Assembly: GCA_903910745.1 (NCBI GenBank)
Contig: CAIWAO010000019.1
Span: forward strand, 2,018-66,017
Direction of reading: 5' to 3'
DNA: 64,000 nucleotides
Source of the DNA: an uncultured Burkholderiales bacterium
GTDB taxonomy: Bacteria > Pseudomonadota > Gammaproteobacteria > Burkholderiales > Burkholderiaceae_C
Below, piece after piece: positions 39,311-48,102 of the stretch; positions within the stretch are counted from its first letter, which is position 1; every line of letters starts with the position of its first letter. The notes below the pieces were generated by a model. That model did not search any database, had not been told where the DNA came from, and saw only the letters and a list, made by a program, of their open reading frames with translations. A program made the translations under genes and the position numbers.

Positions 39311-39336
39311 AATTTGCCCCAATTAAGGGGCAAATT
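39311..39336. terminator. bidirectional hairpin terminator between SET and the convergent operon
   Basis: Perfect 10-bp stem AATTTGCCCC / GGGGCAAATT with loop AATTAA, flanked by A/T-rich sequence. Confidence 0.55.
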
Positions 39337-39360
39337 AGTTTGAAGTCTATATGAAGTTAT

Positions 39361-40356
39361 TTAACTCGCACCGTTGGCGTATTTTTTCTCAGGCAAAGTT
39401 CTATAAATCTGGTTCAGCTCGTGGGGCTTGAAGTCAATATTAATGGGTGAAGTTGGATCCAGCACCAAGGGATGGTCCATGTCAGTAATCGCCAAGGCGT
39501 ATATGGGTTCAAACTCGGTCACGAAAAGTGATTTGTAGCCGTAATCATCAACGGGTCCTAAGTTATAGAACTTGTATCCATTCTTGGCAGCCCAACGGCT
39601 GGCTAATAAACAAGCATAGATACCTGGTGACTTATTTTTAAACTCTCTGTTCCATTGGCAAAAGCTTCCGTAAACCTGGTTGTACTCAGGCAATAAGATA
39701 GATACGTCAGTCAGCACCAATTCTCCATTGCTGTCATGCACTTTGAGGACCAAAACGTCTAATTTGCGAATGTAGTCGATGAAACCCTCGACCTCTCGGT
39801 CATCAATACAGTAATTTGCGAAATGCTCCCCACCCATCTCAAAGATGTCGGAGACAGAGAGTTCATACCCTGGTATGACCTCCTCAGAGTACTCAAAAGT
39901 ACGGTAAAGCTTGTCCAGATCTTTAAACTTGCGAATTCTGCGCTCGTCGGCCCAAAAGCCCTCATCGGCCACATTAACTAAACCGTACTTATCGTTGATA
40001 GGTACACCAAATGGACTATCTGGAGGTATTGCATAAACAACAAATGGCTTGGGAGCCATATCTAGCATTTCTTCGGTAACTTCAATATAAGGACAAAGAG
40101 CATCCCAACGGGTCGTGTAGTAGCGTATGTTGTTGTGATCGCTCTTGACAACCAAATTTTTGGATGTCCAACTCTGATTACCTACCTCTTTTACCCTTAA
40201 TGCTGGCTTGATGCGCTTAACTTTGGTAACTGTCTCTTTGGCAATTGCCTCACTGCTAGTCTCCATGGATGATATGCTAGGTTGGCAGGTGGAGTCCGTA
40301 GAGCCGCTTATGCTCGGCTTGGTTGAAACGTTTACAGAGGATAAAACTTCACTCAT
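39361..40356 (-). CDS. CelD/BcsL/FemAB-like acyltransferase-fold (Acetyltransf_6-type GNAT) protein with S/T-rich N-terminus
   Basis: 331 aa. The C-terminal half (YGSFCQWNREFKNKSPGIYACLLASRWAAKNGYKFYNLGPVDDYGYKSLF) resembles the CelD-like pattern (...SPG...L...I.WA...G...F.L....YK..F). The ATG overlaps the upstream stop (ATGA). Confidence 0.5.
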   Translation of the reverse strand: MSEVLSSVNVSTKPSISGSTDSTCQPSISSMETSSEAIAKETVTKVKRIKPALRVKEVGNQSWTSKNLVVKSDHNNIRYYTTRWDALCPYIEVTEEMLDMAPKPFVVYAIPPDSPFGVPINDKYGLVNVADEGFWADERRIRKFKDLDKLYRTFEYSEEVIPGYELSVSDIFEMGGEHFANYCIDDREVEGFIDYIRKLDVLVLKVHDSNGELVLTDVSILLPEYNQVYGSFCQWNREFKNKSPGIYACLLASRWAAKNGYKFYNLGPVDDYGYKSLFVTEFEPIYALAITDMDHPLVLDPTSPINIDFKPHELNQIYRTLPEKKYANGAS

Positions 40357-40811
40357 TTTTGGAAACTCCTATTGAGAGGTTTTGTGGGCAATTTTTTAAG
40401 GTCAAAATAATCAACGTCTATTTCGTAATTGGTTTGAAGAAAATTTGGATCTTGCTTTTCCAACTTTTCTACCTTATTTGTCATTCGAGCTAAATGCTCA
40501 GAAGCATCGCTGCCAGGAGTGCTCAGCTGACCAAAGTAAGTATCCATCAATGGGCACTCTGTATCAAACGAGAAACTGCGGGATTTGGGGTTGTATGAGA
40601 GAGGATAAAGTGAGCAGCTGAAAGGCTTTTGCTCGCCTAAAGTGCAACCAGAATTGCCTAGATATTGGCAATTGCCATCTAAGCAAAATTCACCCAGTCG
40701 CTTGGATTCAGAGGCTGTTAGAGTTATTTCAAGGGGAGCTTGTCCCTGCTCGGTATGGCAACAACGTCTACATTCTGCGCAGTGATCAAACAGCACGCAA
40801 TACCCTAACAA
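40353..40811 (-). CDS. YkgJ/UPF0153 CxxCxxCC cysteine-cluster protein (FliB-related family)
   Basis: 152 aa. CAECRRCC, then CLDGNCQYLGNSGCTLGEQKPFSCSLYPL. TTG start in the track, so the start is uncertain. Confidence 0.6.
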   Translation of the reverse strand: MLGYCVLFDHCAECRRCCHTEQGQAPLEITLTASESKRLGEFCLDGNCQYLGNSGCTLGEQKPFSCSLYPLSYNPKSRSFSFDTECPLMDTYFGQLSTPGSDASEHLARMTNKVEKLEKQDPNFLQTNYEIDVDYFDLKKLPTKPLNRSFQK

Positions 40812-41553
40812 CTAAAAAGATCAATGTTTTCTGCCTTTAAAACAAAATTAGCTTATCAAAAAGTGGATGAAAACTAAATCAAAAAAAATTAAATTCCATC
40901 AACTTGTCGACGCGCTTTGACGATTATTTATTTTTATAGTCAAAGACTGCTTATCCAATTTTTGAAGTGTAACAAATTATTAAGTGAAACACAAAAAAAA
41001 TCAAGAGTTTATTTTAAGAAAAACAACACCTGAATAAATCGCACTTTGCTTAGTAAATTGAAATAACAAGCTGCAAGAATTAATCGTTATCAAAATGCAA
41101 TACTGATTAAACTTTTTAGCAAGTGTGTTTCAAAATTAAAAATCGTGAGTTGTACTAAATACCTGCTCCGGTTTCAGCTCTCATGAACGTAGAAAATTCA
41201 TTGAAATCAATTGCTTAAAACAACTATGTTCATTTAATTTTAAGTATCCCAATTCACCAGCAACTAGATGTCAAGGAATAGCAATCCCTGATTTAAACAA
41301 TACAGATAAAAATACAGCCCCTACGATGCAATCAAACCGACAATTACTCTAGATCGTTCAACTCCTAAGGATAACCCTTAAGAAATCAAGTCGAAAAAAT
41401 TTTCCTCTAGGATGAGATATTTGCATATCCAGATATATATCAATCAACATGATTAAGCTGATGGTATGAGTTCCGTTTTGCCCTAAAAAACTCTACTTTC
41501 ATGAATATTTGGAGTTATCACAAAACGCCTTAGGCTAAGAAAGAGTAATATCA

Positions 41554-42072
41554 ATGTCCATGAACTCAAAAATATATCTAGTTAAACTCAAATCTGTCCA
41601 TGAAAAGGAGTACCTAAAAGCTGTTCAATCCAGCCTTAAGGCCATTGAGCCCTGGATTGAGATCCCAAAGACCCGCAAATCATTTGTGAAGTTCATTAAG
41701 GAAGTCTCCACTAGCTCGGATAAAGCATACCTAGTGCGTCGGCTAAGCGATGATGCGCTTATTGGAGTTGTTGAAATCAGAGATATTTTTATGGGTATTT
41801 TTAAATGTGGCTATCTAATTTACTATGCTTTTGATGGATACAGAGGACAAGGCTACATGAAGGAGGCAATTCAATTGACAATTACAAAAGCTTTTCAAAA
41901 AATAAAGCTCCACCGCCTAGAAGCCAACATACAGCCCAATAACATGAGTTCCAAAGGTCTTGCCAAGTCTGTTGGTCTTCTTTATGAGGGCTACAGTCCT
42001 AAATTTCTTAAAATAAACGGTGAGTGGCGTGACCATGAGAGATGGGCTATCATCAACGAAAAGGTAGATTAG
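41554..42072 (+). CDS. GNAT family N-acetyltransferase (RimJ/RimL-like)
   Basis: 172 aa. YRGQGYMKEAI acetyl-CoA motif, LHRLEANIQPNN, and a RWAI tail typical of Acetyltransf_3. Confidence 0.75.
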   Translation: MSMNSKIYLVKLKSVHEKEYLKAVQSSLKAIEPWIEIPKTRKSFVKFIKEVSTSSDKAYLVRRLSDDALIGVVEIRDIFMGIFKCGYLIYYAFDGYRGQGYMKEAIQLTITKAFQKIKLHRLEANIQPNNMSSKGLAKSVGLLYEGYSPKFLKINGEWRDHERWAIINEKVD

Positions 42073-42154
42073 TTTCTACATTCATATCAAATATCAAGAT
42101 GATTTTTTAAATAAACTTAAAAAAACATCACCAGATTAACAATCCTTAATTAAA

Positions 42155-43549
42155 GTGCTCCCCCTAGCTTTTGTAGACATAGAGACAACGGGCTCCAATT
42201 TCGATAGAGATCAAATCACAGAAGTTGCGGTTGTGACGCTAAAGAGCGGAGAAATTGAGTACTATGAGACTTTAGTCAAACCACAAACTTACCTCCCTGT
42301 GTTTATCCAAACACTGACTGGGATCACTCCTGAGATGTTGCATGACAAGCCTTTATTTGCAGATATTGCGCCAGAATTACACAAGCAACTTAGTCAAAAA
42401 ATATTCATAGCTCATAACGCAAGGTTTGACTACGGATTTCTAAAATCGGCGTTTCATCAAGTTGGGCTGGAATTTAGGCCAAAGGTGGTTTGCACCGTTA
42501 AATTATCAAGACTGCTCTTTCCCTTAGAGAAAAAACATAATTTAGATTCAATCATTAAGCGGTGTGGCCTCATTAACGCCTCAAGACATAGAGCGATGGG
42601 AGACGCCTTAACATTGCTTCAATTTTGGCAGCATTGTGAGCAAAAATTTGGTACTCAAAGAGTAATTGAAGCAGCACAGGCTATTTTAGGTCGACCTACC
42701 CTCCCCCCTCACATTGATGCACAACTCATTAACTCCATCCCGGATAGTCCAGGTGTCTACATTTTTTATGGTGAAAACAATGAATGTTTATACATTGGAA
42801 AATCTAAAACGATAAAAACTCGCGTACTCAGCCACTTTCAAAGCGCTATCACCAACAGAAAAGAGGCAAAACTCTCGATGCAAATTAGGCATATTGATTG
42901 GATTGAGACCAGTGGCGAGTTGGGTGCTTTACTCCTTGAGTCTGATTTAATAAAGAAAAGACTCCCTCTGCTCAACATTCGCCTTAGAAAAACATCATCT
43001 TTATTTGCTTGGCAATTAAATCTGGGACCCAGTGGATATTTATCCCCTAACTTAATATCCAAAAATGACTTAGCGCCAGGCTTTCAAGACAATTTATTTG
43101 GTCTTTTCAAAAGTAAACGAGAGGCGACCAACTCCCTAAAAGACTTGGCTGAAAAAAATTCACTATGTGACGCCATATTGGGATTAGAGAGCGTAAAAGT
43201 AGGACAACCTTGCTTTGCATATCAACTCAAAAGATGTGCAGGCGATTGTGTTGGCAAAGGCAATCAAAATTCGCATAATCTAAAGCTAACCACCGCCTTG
43301 CAGCATTTAAAAATCTCTAAATGGCCTTATGAAAATCCGATTGCAATTAAAGAAGGGGATGTTTGTCATGTCTTTGACAAATGGTGCTATTTGGGTAGCG
43401 CGCGAACTGATGAAGAAGTGCATGAACTATTGAACACAGGTACGGCTCAATTTGATCAAGATATCTATAAGATCGTTAGAAGATGCCTCCTAACTAAAGG
43501 AGAGCGTCAACTATTTCAATTGCGTCCTCCTGTTGAATCCTCCTGCTGA
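42155..43549 (+). CDS. DnaQ-like 3'-5' exonuclease fused to a GIY-YIG (Cho/UvrC N-terminal-like) nuclease
   Basis: 464 aa. ExoI FVDIETTG, HNARFDYGF, H-x4-D (HRAMGDA). Then GVYIFYGENNECLYIGKSKTIKTRVLSHF (GIY-YIG) and a 4-Cys block C-x14-C-x7-C-x3-C. GTG start. Confidence 0.8.
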   Translation: MLPLAFVDIETTGSNFDRDQITEVAVVTLKSGEIEYYETLVKPQTYLPVFIQTLTGITPEMLHDKPLFADIAPELHKQLSQKIFIAHNARFDYGFLKSAFHQVGLEFRPKVVCTVKLSRLLFPLEKKHNLDSIIKRCGLINASRHRAMGDALTLLQFWQHCEQKFGTQRVIEAAQAILGRPTLPPHIDAQLINSIPDSPGVYIFYGENNECLYIGKSKTIKTRVLSHFQSAITNRKEAKLSMQIRHIDWIETSGELGALLLESDLIKKRLPLLNIRLRKTSSLFAWQLNLGPSGYLSPNLISKNDLAPGFQDNLFGLFKSKREATNSLKDLAEKNSLCDAILGLESVKVGQPCFAYQLKRCAGDCVGKGNQNSHNLKLTTALQHLKISKWPYENPIAIKEGDVCHVFDKWCYLGSARTDEEVHELLNTGTAQFDQDIYKIVRRCLLTKGERQLFQLRPPVESSC

Positions 43550-43609
43550 CGCGTGTTAGAAATGGTGCAGAAAAGTCTTGTAAAATGAAATTTAAATTAA
43601 ACTTAGAAA

Positions 43610-43969
43610 GTGAGCCCTAGAATGGATAATTCAGACTCAGAACGCCAGCTAAGGGAAGTTGAATTACTAAAGAATTCTATAGATCACCTAAAAGGGGCGC
43701 ATGACAAATTAGAAGCTATAGCTAAAGCTGCTAAAGTGCGCAAAGAAAAGGCTCTGAGCGTTTTACATTCTAATGATCAAGTAGCACCTGAGACTATACA
43801 GCAAACAGATTCCTTTACCGAATCAAAACCAGTTATTCCAGACGCCCCTGCAGCTCACACTCGCACCGAGGCAACCTCGAATATACCCTCGCCAAGTCCC
43901 CCTATCGATGTATTGGAATCTGGTGCTGCTGTTATCAAAGAAGAGTTCAAAAGTATCGTTTCAAAATGA
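43610..43969 (+). CDS. hypothetical coiled-coil/disordered protein
   Basis: 119 aa. N-terminal helical heptads and a P/S/T-rich middle. GTG start in the track; an in-frame ATG lies at 43622. Confidence 0.4.
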   Translation: MSPRMDNSDSERQLREVELLKNSIDHLKGAHDKLEAIAKAAKVRKEKALSVLHSNDQVAPETIQQTDSFTESKPVIPDAPAAHTRTEATSNIPSPSPPIDVLESGAAVIKEEFKSIVSK

Positions 43970-44023
43970 ACTTCTGTACCAATAAAAATTGATCGCTTTC
44001 TAACAAATTTTTTAAGTGAATTT

Positions 44024-45190
44024 ATGGTGAACATAGCAAAATTTATACAACCCCTCTTAAATGTATTAAATAACATTGGCAAATTCGTTTCAAAAAATAA
44101 AAATAAAAGCCTTAGACAAAATATATTCGCCCTCCTTAATCCCACCCCTCATTCTTACGAGGTAAACAAGTACATTGACTATGTGGTCATTTTGGCAGTG
44201 TTGACCTCAGTAATTTGTATTATTCTAGAGACGGTTCAAGAGGTAAACTCGGTTTGGTCAACCGAATTTAAAACGTTAGACATCTTAACTGTTACCATTT
44301 TCTCAATCGAATATGTGCTGCGGGTATACAGCTGTTGCGAAATACAAAGCTATAGTAAGCCGATAAGAGGCAGGATGCTCTATATTTTTTCTCCAAGTGC
44401 GTTGATTGACTTACTTGCAATTTCACCGTTTTACATATCCCTTATCGTTAATAAATCGATTGATTTAAGGTTTTTAAGAATCTTCAGACTGACAAGACTG
44501 CTCAAACTCACGCGCTACACGGGAACACTAAATACCCTACTGAAAGCTGTGCAGCGTGAGAAGTATGTTTTGATGGCAGCTGCTTTCATGATGATTTTGA
44601 TGATTATTTTGACTGCAAGCCTTGGTTATATGTTTGAACATGACACACAGCCAGATAAGTTTGAGAGTATTCCAGCTTCTATGTACTGGGCAGTCATCAC
44701 ATTAGCCAGTGTTGGCTACGGGGATATTACACCGATTACCCCACTAGGAAGACTTATGACGGTAATAGTAAGCTTTGTGGGTATCGGAATTTTTGCTATT
44801 CCAGCCGGTCTAATGGCCTCCTCCTTTACTGATCAGTTGCGACTAGATAGAAAGACATTCGAAGATGATGTTAGAAAACTCGTAACAAGTGACAAATTTA
44901 CCGCTGAGGACAGAGAAAATTTAGAACTAGAAGCCGAGCGCCTTCATCTCCCTAAAGACGTTATTCAAGAGATTATCAACCGCATCGACCTTGATAAGGA
45001 AGAGCATATTTCTGATGGAATTTCCATCGGCGAGGTGTCTATTGAATTAACTCTAGAAGAGTACCGCAAAGAGGTTAATATACTTCGAAGATTGGCATTA
45101 AGTGAACATGCTCATTTGCTTGAGGAACAGATCAATAATCCCTCAAAAACGACCCAACTTGAGCGAGATATTTGGAAAACCCTGCAGTAA
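44024..45190 (+). CDS. voltage-gated (6TM, Kv-type) potassium channel
   Basis: 388 aa. S4 with R/K every third residue (LRFLRIFRLTRLLKLTRY), selectivity filter TLASVGYGD, ~110-aa acidic helical C-terminus. Confidence 0.85.
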   Translation: MVNIAKFIQPLLNVLNNIGKFVSKNKNKSLRQNIFALLNPTPHSYEVNKYIDYVVILAVLTSVICIILETVQEVNSVWSTEFKTLDILTVTIFSIEYVLRVYSCCEIQSYSKPIRGRMLYIFSPSALIDLLAISPFYISLIVNKSIDLRFLRIFRLTRLLKLTRYTGTLNTLLKAVQREKYVLMAAAFMMILMIILTASLGYMFEHDTQPDKFESIPASMYWAVITLASVGYGDITPITPLGRLMTVIVSFVGIGIFAIPAGLMASSFTDQLRLDRKTFEDDVRKLVTSDKFTAEDRENLELEAERLHLPKDVIQEIINRIDLDKEEHISDGISIGEVSIELTLEEYRKEVNILRRLALSEHAHLLEEQINNPSKTTQLERDIWKTLQ

Positions 45191-45199
45191 ATACGACAT

Positions 45200-45841
45200 A
45201 TGTGCGCGCACTTTGAAAGCGTTAAAGAGCCGAAGCGTCTTAAATTATTTTTCAATGTCCAAACTCCTGAAAAAGTAAACTTTGACGTCTGGCCAACCTA
45301 CTCAACAACCTTTATCAGGAATATTGCTCCAACAAGTACCCAAGACAACGGTAGACAATCAATTGAATCCCTTTCTGGTAGCTTCGGACTCATACCTCAC
45401 TGGTCCAAAGACACAAAAATTGCCAGACATACCTACAACGCCAGGCTTGAAACAGTTGCTGAAAAACCTGCTTTCAAAGATGCTTGGCGCCTCAAAAGGC
45501 TATGTATTGTGCCTGCAGAAGCTATATATGAGCCTGATTGGCGAACTGGTAAGGCCATAAGTACAAGGATTTTTAGGGCTGATTTAAAGCCGCTAGGAAT
45601 TGCTGGGATTTGGACTGGCTGGAGATCCCCCAGTGGTGAAGTAATTAGAAGCTTCAGTATGTTAACTATGAATGCCGATAATCACAGCTTGATGAGCCAA
45701 TTTCATAAGCCAGATGAAGAAAAAAGGATGGTCGCAATTTTGGAGGAAGATAATTATGGTAACTGGCTAAATTCAAAAGACGATTCATGCCTTCAATTTA
45801 TCAAGCCATTTGATGCAAATCTTCTAATGACCCAGCAGTAA
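45200..45841 (+). CDS. SOS response-associated peptidase (SRAP/YedK family, abasic-site sensor)
   Basis: 213 aa beginning MC (catalytic Cys2), with the SRAP core pattern. 9 nt after the channel stop. Confidence 0.75.
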   Translation: MCAHFESVKEPKRLKLFFNVQTPEKVNFDVWPTYSTTFIRNIAPTSTQDNGRQSIESLSGSFGLIPHWSKDTKIARHTYNARLETVAEKPAFKDAWRLKRLCIVPAEAIYEPDWRTGKAISTRIFRADLKPLGIAGIWTGWRSPSGEVIRSFSMLTMNADNHSLMSQFHKPDEEKRMVAILEEDNYGNWLNSKDDSCLQFIKPFDANLLMTQQ

Positions 45842-45895
45842 ATTTAGCAACCTCACCTAAGCGCTGAGCTACTTGCTGAAGAAAAAAGTCAGATA

Positions 45896-47356
45896 TTAAT
45901 TTTTACCTGCCCCGGACCAACCGCCCCCCAAAGACTGATACAACGCAGCCGTATCCCCGAGATACAGAGCATAAGCTTGTATTCTGGAGATATCAGAAGC
46001 TAGATAGGCTTGCTGTGCACTTAATAAAGCTGGCTCTGAGGCGTACCCTTTGTCGTATTGGGTTTGAGTAAATTGATACAATTTTTTGTTAGCCTCAGCA
46101 TTGCGCTTGGCAATCTCCCAACTTTGTTTGTCTTGGTCAAGTGCATAAAGTGTATCTGCCACATTTTGAAATGCCGTCAGAACCACGGACTTGTATTGGC
46201 CTAGGGAATAATCTAAATTGGCCTCAGCAGCCCTCTTTCGAGCTAGTAATGTACCCCCAGCAAAAACAGTTTGATTGGCACTTATTGTTTCGGACCAGTT
46301 TCTATTAAATGAATCTTTTAAAGAGGAGAAGGCTCCCGCCGTAGCTCCCGTAAAGCCACTTATGGAAATCTGTGGAATCATGGCAGCGATAGCAACCCCA
46401 ATTTGAGCATTGTTTGAGCGAACCATCTCCTCTGCGGCTTTAACGTCTGGTCGTCCTTCAATCCATCCACTAGGTATAGCAATTGGTAATGCATTAGGTA
46501 TTTTTATCTCATCAATACTGGGAATACTTAACATAGAGCTAGGTAATTCACCGCACAACACATTAAGCATATCTATTGATTGATCATGTAGCTTACGAAT
46601 AACTGGAACTTGGGATGCGACGACGCTATAGGCAGACTCCTGAGCAGCCAAATCGACACCGCTGTTGTAGCCTATCGTCGTCATTTTTCGAACGTGTTCT
46701 AATTGCTTAAATGCAGATCGCTCAGCGCTCAATGCCAAACGAAGCTCTTCTCGCAAGGTAGTTTCTTGGGCGACTGTTTGAATTAACGTAGTCACCACTG
46801 TAATTTGAAGAGCGGCCAGTTGATATTTAGTAATATTTTCTTGCGCCTTCAAAGATTCAACTGCACGTTTGTTTGCGCCGAATATATCGGGAACAAACCC
46901 AACACTCAGGCCAGCGCTATTAACTGAGTAGGTGGGCGCACCTGCACCTAGTTGTGCAATGTTAGAGGGCGCTCCATTGAACCCCCCTGGGTTCATAATA
47001 GTTCTTGAAGTACCAGCCGTGATAGTTGGAAAATAGTACCCTTGTTGAGCAATCGTATTTTGCTGTGCGACTCTCAGATTGGCAGAGGCCGCCTCAATAT
47101 TTGCGTTGTGCTTTAAAGCAAGTTCTACCAGCCTATCGAGCTGTGGGCTCTCGTAGTGTTTCCACCAGTCTGCACCAATGAGCGAGTTCTGCTTAGCACC
47201 TAAATCCACTTTCTCCCTGGTGAATGAATTACTCATCGGTGGCTCTGGTCTTTTAAAATCTGGCCCAACAACACACCCATTTAGACCAGCCATCAAGACC
47301 GCCCAAAAGATGGGTTTGATAACACTATGATTTATAGCTTTAATATTTGAATACAT
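45896..47356 (-). CDS. RND efflux outer-membrane factor lipoprotein (NodT/CzcC-like)
   Basis: 486 aa. Lipobox LNGC and duplicated OEP repeats. Confidence 0.85.
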   Translation of the reverse strand: MYSNIKAINHSVIKPIFWAVLMAGLNGCVVGPDFKRPEPPMSNSFTREKVDLGAKQNSLIGADWWKHYESPQLDRLVELALKHNANIEAASANLRVAQQNTIAQQGYYFPTITAGTSRTIMNPGGFNGAPSNIAQLGAGAPTYSVNSAGLSVGFVPDIFGANKRAVESLKAQENITKYQLAALQITVVTTLIQTVAQETTLREELRLALSAERSAFKQLEHVRKMTTIGYNSGVDLAAQESAYSVVASQVPVIRKLHDQSIDMLNVLCGELPSSMLSIPSIDEIKIPNALPIAIPSGWIEGRPDVKAAEEMVRSNNAQIGVAIAAMIPQISISGFTGATAGAFSSLKDSFNRNWSETISANQTVFAGGTLLARKRAAEANLDYSLGQYKSVVLTAFQNVADTLYALDQDKQSWEIAKRNAEANKKLYQFTQTQYDKGYASEPALLSAQQAYLASDISRIQAYALYLGDTAALYQSLGGGWSGAGKN

Positions 47357-47357
47357 T

Positions 47358-48065
47358 TTAATTTTCTATCCATGATTTAGTATCTTTTTCTATTGGCTGA
47401 CCACAAACCCAGACCAATACAAGAAAAGAAAATGGGGCATGACCTAAAAAAGTAGACAAATCAGGCATGCGGTAATACAGTGAAATTTCAATTGCGAAAT
47501 AACTGAATATTAAAGTCTGAAAAATTAAAAAAATAAAAATTGAAACAGGAGAAAAAAATAAGTCTCTCAATGATAAATTCAAAACATTGAAGGGGTCACT
47601 CCCCTGAAAACTTAATTTAGATGCACATTGCGCTATGAAAATATAGGAAAAAAATTGAGCGACTGTAAATGGAAAAATGGTTAAGACTTCGCTAGGCAAA
47701 AAATCAACCTCCAATCTAAGCCAACCAAAGCACTCCATTATTGCCCTGTAGATAATTAAATTTAAAACCCCGTACAGCATCAATGCAGTTAGCACCTCGC
47801 CTTTTTTTTCTATCTTAGCAAATAACTCTGAGCAGTACTTAACGTAACCCCAATCAAAACTCTTTTGAAATAATATAGTTTGCATGCAAAAATAAACAAT
47901 GAATGGCCAAATCAACCAAGCAACTAGTGGCAGATATTCTGAGGCAGTCTGAATAATACTGCCAATCATAATCAACTGTAAATTAAGAAACTTGTTATTT
48001 CGATTCAATTTAAAAAAATTGAGTGCTCTGAAATTAATTTCTAAATTTAAAAACATACTATACAT
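47358..48065 (-). CDS. hypothetical polytopic membrane protein embedded in the RND operon
   Basis: 708-nt ORF in very AT-rich DNA, where stop codons should be frequent. About 5 hydrophobic segments. Stop is 1 nt from the OMF start. No recognisable motif. The start is uncertain (alternative MIGSIIQ at 47969). Confidence 0.55.
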   Translation of the reverse strand: MYSMFLNLEINFRALNFFKLNRNNKFLNLQLIMIGSIIQTASEYLPLVAWLIWPFIVYFCMQTILFQKSFDWGYVKYCSELFAKIEKKGEVLTALMLYGVLNLIIYRAIMECFGWLRLEVDFLPSEVLTIFPFTVAQFFSYIFIAQCASKLSFQGSDPFNVLNLSLRDLFFSPVSIFIFLIFQTLIFSYFAIEISLYYRMPDLSTFLGHAPFSFLVLVWVCGQPIEKDTKSWIEN

Positions 48066-48102
48066 ATTAAAAGAAGTTAAAAACCTAATCCTTCCATTCG
48101 CC

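Noticed and set aside
42073-42154. LexA/SOS box (CTGT-N8-ACAG) upstream of the Cho-like nuclease, and also at 45191-45199 before SRAP
   Set aside because: No match. The closest string, CTGCAGTAAATACGAC near 45183, fails the right half-site.
47358-48065. Treating the RND-embedded ORF as a non-coding AT-rich spacer
   Set aside because: A 708-nt open frame in roughly 20-30% GC DNA, abutting the OMF start by 1 nt and encoding regular hydrophobic segments, is more consistent with a real gene. It is kept as a CDS at moderate confidence.
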